64,000 nucleotides of DNA. Source: Alphaproteobacteria bacterium (GTDB lineage: Bacteria; Pseudomonadota; Alphaproteobacteria; UBA828). How positions within the stretch are numbered: the first letter of the stretch is position 1; every line of letters begins with the position of its first letter. Shown here piece by piece: positions 59,661 through 64,000 of the stretch. The notes beneath the pieces were generated by a model. The model did no database searches. It had not been told where the DNA came from and was given only the letters and a program-made list of their open reading frames with translations. The stretch lies in assembly GCA_965214705.1 (NCBI GenBank), contig OZ243972.1, positions 224,001 through 288,000 on the forward strand. The letters run 5' to 3'. The translations under genes and the position numbers were made by a program.

Positions 59661-62600
59661 CTCGCGCGCTCACGGCGCTCCTCAACAAGTCCCCCTCGTA
59701 GTCAACCCAGATTCCGGCATGGGGTCTGCGTAACGCTTACTGCGAAGCGGAGCAGGCACGCGGCGCGGCGGAGGCGGCGAGGCAGACGGCGGAAGCGCGG
59801 GCGGCACGGCTGGAGGCCGAGAACGCGCAGAGCGCGGAGCAGATCAGCCGGCTTGAGCATCTCAACAAGGAGCTCAGGAAGGCGCTGTTCGGTCCGCGCT
59901 CCGAGAAGCTCGGCGAGGACGAGCGCCAGCTTACGTTCGAGGAGTTTTGGGCGGCGATCGCTGAAGCCGGCGGTCGGCCCGAGGCAGATGACCAGGAGCA
60001 GGACGAGGGGGCTGGCGGCAAGCGCCGGCGGCGCTCTTCCCGGGGGTCGCGCAGCGGGGTGCGCTTCGGGCCCCAGGTCGACCGGCGCGAGGAGGTGATC
60101 GAGCCGGACACGATCATGTGCCCCTGCGGCTGCGGCGAGATGACGAAGATCGGCGAGGACCGCAGCGAGCGGCTGGACTATGAGCCGGCGAAGTTCACCG
60201 TCATCGAGACCGTGCGCCCCCGCTACGCCTGCAACAAGTGCAAGGGGGGCGGGGTGGTGCAGTCGCCGGCGCCGGCCGCTCTGGTCGAGGGCGGCCTTCC
60301 CACCGAGGCTCTTCTGGCGCAGGTGCTGATCGCGAAGTACGGCGATCATTGCCCGCTCTATCGCCAGTCGCAGATCTACGAGCGCTCGGGGATCGAGGTT
60401 CACCGTGCGACGCTGGCGACGTGGGTGGGCCAGGCGTCGTTTCACCTGCGCCCCGTGGTCGCTTGCCTGGAGGATGAGCTGAAGAAGTCGGATCACCTGG
60501 GTCTGGACGAGACCACGATCCGCGTTCTCGACCCGGGCCGGGGCAAGACGAAGACGGGCTACATGTGGACCCTTGTGCGTGACGAGCGCCACTGGAGCGG
60601 CACGGACCCGCCGGGCGTCGTCTATCGCTATGCGCCCGGCCGCGGCGGCAAGTATGGCGCCGAGCTTATGGAGGGCTTTTCGGGGACGGTGCAGCTCGAC
60701 GGCTACTCGGGCCACAACATCCTGGCGCGGCCGGACCGGGCGGAAGGCCCTGTGACGCGGGCCCTCTGTTGGGCGCATGTAAGACGGAAGCTGAAAGAGG
60801 TATACGACTCGAGCGCATCGCCGATCGCGCTGGCCGGTCTGAATCGGATCGCGAAGCTCTATGCGATCGAGAAGAAGATCCGGGGCAAGCCGCCGGCGGA
60901 GCGCCGCGCGATCCGTTGGGAGGAGTCGGCGCCGATCGTGAACACCTTCGGTGTCTGGCTCGACGAGCAGCGCTCGCGCGTCTCACCGCGCTCGCGTCTC
61001 GGCGAGAAGCTGACCTATATCGCCAACCAGTGGGACGGGCTGCTGGAGTTCCTGCACGACGGTCGTGTCGAGATCGACTCGAACCTGGTGGAAAACCGAA
61101 TCCGGCCGCTGAAGCTCACCGCCAAGAACGCGCTCTTCGCCGGCAACGACGAGGGTGCGCAAGCCTGGGCCCGCATCGCCTCGCTGATCGAGACCTGCAA
61201 GATGAACGGCGTCGAGCCCTACGCCTGGATGCGGAGCACGCTCGAGAAGATCGCCAAGGGCCACCCGCAGTCGGGCATCCAGGAGCTTCTGCCGTGGAAC
61301 TTCCAGCCCGAGGCAAAATGACTCGCGCGCTCACGGCGCTCCTCAAGAAATCCCCGTCGTAGTCAAGCCAGATTCCGGTATGGGGTCTGCGTACCGCTTA
61401 CGGTGTAGCTGCGGTCGAGCTCGGCAATGTCGCGCGCCCTCCTGAAGGCGGCCTGCAAGGTCTCCGTTGCGATGGGCCTGTCGAGCGAGACGCCGTAGAA
61501 GAGCCAGCTCGTCGGACGCGGCCAGATGTTCCTGTAGTAGACGCGCAAGTAGTGGATGACGATGTCCGGCAACGGTGCCATTCTCTCGGTGCCGCCTTTG
61601 CCGGAGGGGATGTGCAGCAGCTTCTTCTCCGACAGGATGTCGCCGACCTTGATGGCCAAGGTCTCGGAGATGCGGAGCCCGCCGCCATAGCCGGTGACAA
61701 TGGCAGCACGGTGGCGGAGGTCGGGTGTCGCAAGGATGAGGTGCTCGACCTCCTGCTCCGACATGTAGCGCGGCAGCTTGCCGGGCTTCTTGCGGGAGCG
61801 CAGGCCGGCGACATGGTCAGGCCAGCCGAGTGTGTCGATGTAGAGGAAGTTCAGCGCGGCGAAGGAGACGTTGGTCGTGCCCGGACTGAGCCCCTTGTCG
61901 ATCCGCCCCAGGTACCACTGGCGCACCTGCTCGGCGTCGAGCTCGTCCGGCGAGGCGTCGTAGTACCTGGCCAGGTTCTTGATCTCGCAGATGTAGGCCT
62001 TGGACGTGCTCGCGGCCAGATTGGCGATGCGGAGCTGCTCCTCCATGCGCTGGCGAAGAGGGGTGACGGTGTTCGTGTCGCACGCGGTCCCGGTCATTAT
62101 CGATCTCCCTGGATCGCGACGGCGCGCCGCCGGACCGATCCGGCGACGGTCCGTCGCAGGGGTCGATACTAACCACTGGTGATCGGGAGGCTGCTGGGGA
62201 TCCGCCACCCGACGGGCGGAGCGCCACTGACGCAACCGGGAAGCGAACGCACAGAACAAACGGCACCCGCGACGCCTCGGAAATGAATGAACTCTACGCC
62301 GCTAACTCCGCGTAGCGGCTTCGTTCAAGACGCAATTGGTGGCTTCGCTTTCCGAATCGACGGGGCTTCCGAAGAGGGACGTCTCGGCGGTGCTCGACGA
62401 GTTGGGGCTTCTCATCGAGCGCCACATCAAGAAACGCGCCGTCGGCACCTTCACGCTTCCCGGCCTGTTGAGGATCACACGTGCGCGCAAGTCCGCCAGG
62501 AAGGCGCGGACGATGGTCTCGCCGCGCACGGGGGAGGAGATCCAGGTGCCCGCCAAGCCGGCCTCGACCGCGGTCAAGGTACGGCCGCTCGCGGGCCTCA

Positions 62601-62740
62601 AGCGGATGGTCGAATAGGGCGCTCCTCTCCACCGGGCCCGAACGGCGCCCGCATTGGGGGCGCGCTCTCCCTTGCGATAGATGCGATGCCGGCCGCCGTC
62701 GGCGCCGGTACTGCCGGGCGGATGCGCATCGCACCGCTCG

Positions 62741-62842
62741 GATCGGTTCGACATCCGTCGCCTGGGGCCCGCGCGCTCCCTGCTCCACCATGAGGTTCAC
62801 ACGCTGGCCGGGCTCCAGGGCGCCCAGGCCCGCCCGGCTCAA
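62741..62842 (-). pseudogene. C-terminal remnant of a cold-shock domain protein
   Basis: LSRAGLGALEPGQRVNLMVEQGARGPQATDVEPI matches the end of a CSD; RNP1/RNP2 half missing and no stop at the expected place. Confidence 0.6.
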
Positions 62843-62992
62843 CATAGCGACTGCCCATCGGGTCCAGCGTAGACAAGCCGGCTATTCACAGCGGGGACAA
62901 TTGCGGCTCTGTCGTTCAGATTGAGCCAAGACAATTCGACCTGACCTCGACGAGGGGGACCGACTCCGGCCCCCTGCCGAGCGGCGGAGACA

Positions 62993-63424
62993 CTAATACT
63001 GCATTGTCATCACGGCGACGGTGGACGTGCCGTCGACGGTGACGGCAGCGGAGTCGAAGCTCGGCGGCCCGAAGGCAGCGCTCGCGTCGTTCCCGAACGC
63101 ATATCCTTCCGAGGGGATCCCGCGTTCGTCCGTGTCGAGCTTGCCGTTGTCGTTTTCGTCATGGAACGCGGTCATCGCGTACCGTCCCGGAGCGAGGTCG
63201 TGCACCACGAATCGCACTGTCCCGGCGCGGGCGGGCTCGCGGAACCCTTCGACCGCATCGGTTGCGGCGGGGAAGGAGGCCTTCTTCTCCGGCCCGTGAA
63301 CGGCGAGGTAGAGCCGTCCGTCGTCGGAGCGGATCCCGTGCACCTCGATGGAAAGGTCGGCGGCAGCGGCTTCAACGCTGACGAGTGCGGCCACGGCGGC
63401 GGCGGCGAGCAATCCGATCATCAT
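62993..63424 (-). CDS. DUF2141-family secreted protein
   Basis: Signal peptide, PGRYAMTAFHDENDNGKLD...GIPSEGYAFGN...FGPPSF; AGGAGG RBS. Confidence 0.85.
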   Translation of the reverse strand: MMIGLLAAAAVAALVSVEAAAADLSIEVHGIRSDDGRLYLAVHGPEKKASFPAATDAVEGFREPARAGTVRFVVHDLAPGRYAMTAFHDENDNGKLDTDERGIPSEGYAFGNDASAAFGPPSFDSAAVTVDGTSTVAVMTMQY

Positions 63425-63821
63425 GACAGCACCTCCTGTTTCGGGCGATCCGGCCGGCCGCACCCCTGTGCGGCCTCACAGCGCGTCCATGCTCGACGGC
63501 GAGGTCTGCCGCCCGCAATGGCAAGTTCGTGAAATTCAGGACTTCTTCGCGAACGGTTCCATGTGTGCGATTCGCGCTTCGCGAGTGGCGGGCGAATTCG
63601 CATGGGGACGAGCGGAAAAGATCTCCGCAGATGGGGCGGCGAGTTCGATGGGAAGGGAGCCATGAGGAGCGAAGACCCAGTGGCGAGCCTCGCGACACGG
63701 TCGGCGACGAACGGCCCGCAGGGTCAGGGGATGTGCACCCCTTGACGGCCAGATCGGAGAGCCCGATCACCTGCGCTCGTCGTCGCAGGCGCTGCCCGTG
63801 TGCAAGACGCATGATACCACT

Positions 63822-63967
63822 GGAGAGCCCGGTGCTCGAAATGGGCACGCCGGGTTCGCAGAGCGGGGACTGGAAACGCGGTCAGGGGAGCCGGAATGAG
63901 GCCCGGAGCGAAAGCAACGGACCAGCCACCGGACCCTACGGCTGGCGCGCCAGTCCTCGACTCTTAT
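63822..63967 (+). ncRNA. Group II intron 3' remnant (domains V and VI)
   Basis: DV GAGCCCGG-TGCTC-GAAAT-GGGCA-CG-CCGGGTTC (63825-63857) with AGC triad and 2-nt bulge; DVI GAGCGGGGACTGG...CCAGTCCTCG-A-CTC with bulged A at 63960, ending AT. Confidence 0.8.
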
Positions 63968-64000
63968 GAGGTGTTCAAAGTCAAGCCGGGAAGCCTGTTG

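Larger units (their letters stand above)
56812..59740 (+). mobile_element. IS66-family element B (inner, intact, 2929 bp)
   Basis: Ends GTAAGCGGTA...TAACGCTTAC; 8-bp TSD TGCGAAGC (56804-56811, 59741-59748). Confidence 0.93.
56669..61321 (+). pseudogene. tnpC: IS66-A transposase TnpC split by IS66-B (segments 56669-56811 and 59749-61321)
   Basis: The segments sum to 1716 nt, the same as the intact inner tnpC, and join in frame. Confidence 0.9.
55713..61401 (+). mobile_element. IS66-family element A (outer; 2752 bp without the inner copy)
   Basis: Ends GTAAGCGGTA...TACCGCTTAC; 8-bp TSD GGTGTAGC (55705-55712, 61402-61409). Confidence 0.93.
55522..62097 (-). pseudogene. XerD-like tyrosine recombinase split by nested IS66 (segments 62097-61402 and 55704-55522)
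   Basis: TPLRQRMEEQL...YGGGLRISE...GKGG..R...LDRSYT joins in frame to [14 protein letters not shown]...LGH...TTRHY; 292 aa reconstructed. Confidence 0.9.
53967..62329 (-). mobile_element. IS91-like rolling-circle element encoding a tyrosine recombinase and a Y2-HUH transposase (2666 bp once the IS66s are removed)
   Basis: CAAG at both junctions (53963-53966, 62326-62329); removal restores the HU frame; 14-bp IR TTGAACGAAGCCGC at 54012-54025 and 62315-62328. Confidence 0.85.
53913..62617 (+). pseudogene. HU/IHF-family DNA-binding protein gene split by the rolling-circle element (segments 53913-53966 and 62330-62617)
   Basis: Joined in frame: MAVSPPRKATALKKAMTK+TQLVASLSESTGLPKRDVSAVLDEL...FTLPGL...ARTMVSPRTGEEIQVPAK...VKVRP (113 aa); GGAGG RBS. 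Confidence 0.88.

Noticed and set aside
63968-64000. Possible IS terminus (GAGGTGTTCAAAGT...) at the window edge
   Set aside because: No partner repeat or transposase visible within the window
1-64000. CRISPR array, rRNA or tRNA genes
   Set aside because: No regularly spaced direct repeats, cas genes or such RNA genes seen by eye

Overview
GC-rich, proteobacterial-looking window with two halves. About 1-41 kb is a dense catabolic region: acyl-CoA dehydrogenase, omega-aminotransferase, CoA ligase, five SDRs, a Liv-type ABC importer, an HMG-CoA-synthase-like/DUF35 + SCP2-thiolase + MaoC module, a PhyH dioxygenase, two hydantoinase/oxoprolinase A and three B subunits, an acetylene-hydratase-family Mo/W enzyme, TPP and LLM enzymes, and a dimethylformamidase-like alpha/beta pair. 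It ends with a HigBA-type toxin-antitoxin pair and Fe(III) ABC genes. About 41.2-64 kb is a mobile island starting at a tyrosine integrase. It holds an IS4 element whose transposase is fused to DUF4338 (9-bp TSD, splitting a TPR gene), a histidine/serine decarboxylase + ACT operon, an AlkZ/YcaQ pseudogene hit by a 111-bp MITE, and RecD2. It also holds a four-layer nest resolvable to the base: an HU gene split by a tyrosine-recombinase + Y2-HUH rolling-circle element, whose recombinase is split by an IS66, whose tnpC is split by a sister IS66. The rolling-circle element has asymmetric 14-bp inverted repeats and terminal hairpins resembling eukaryotic Helitron2/Helentron ends. A group II intron 3' remnant closes the window. 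All family calls come from motif recognition by eye; no searches were run.
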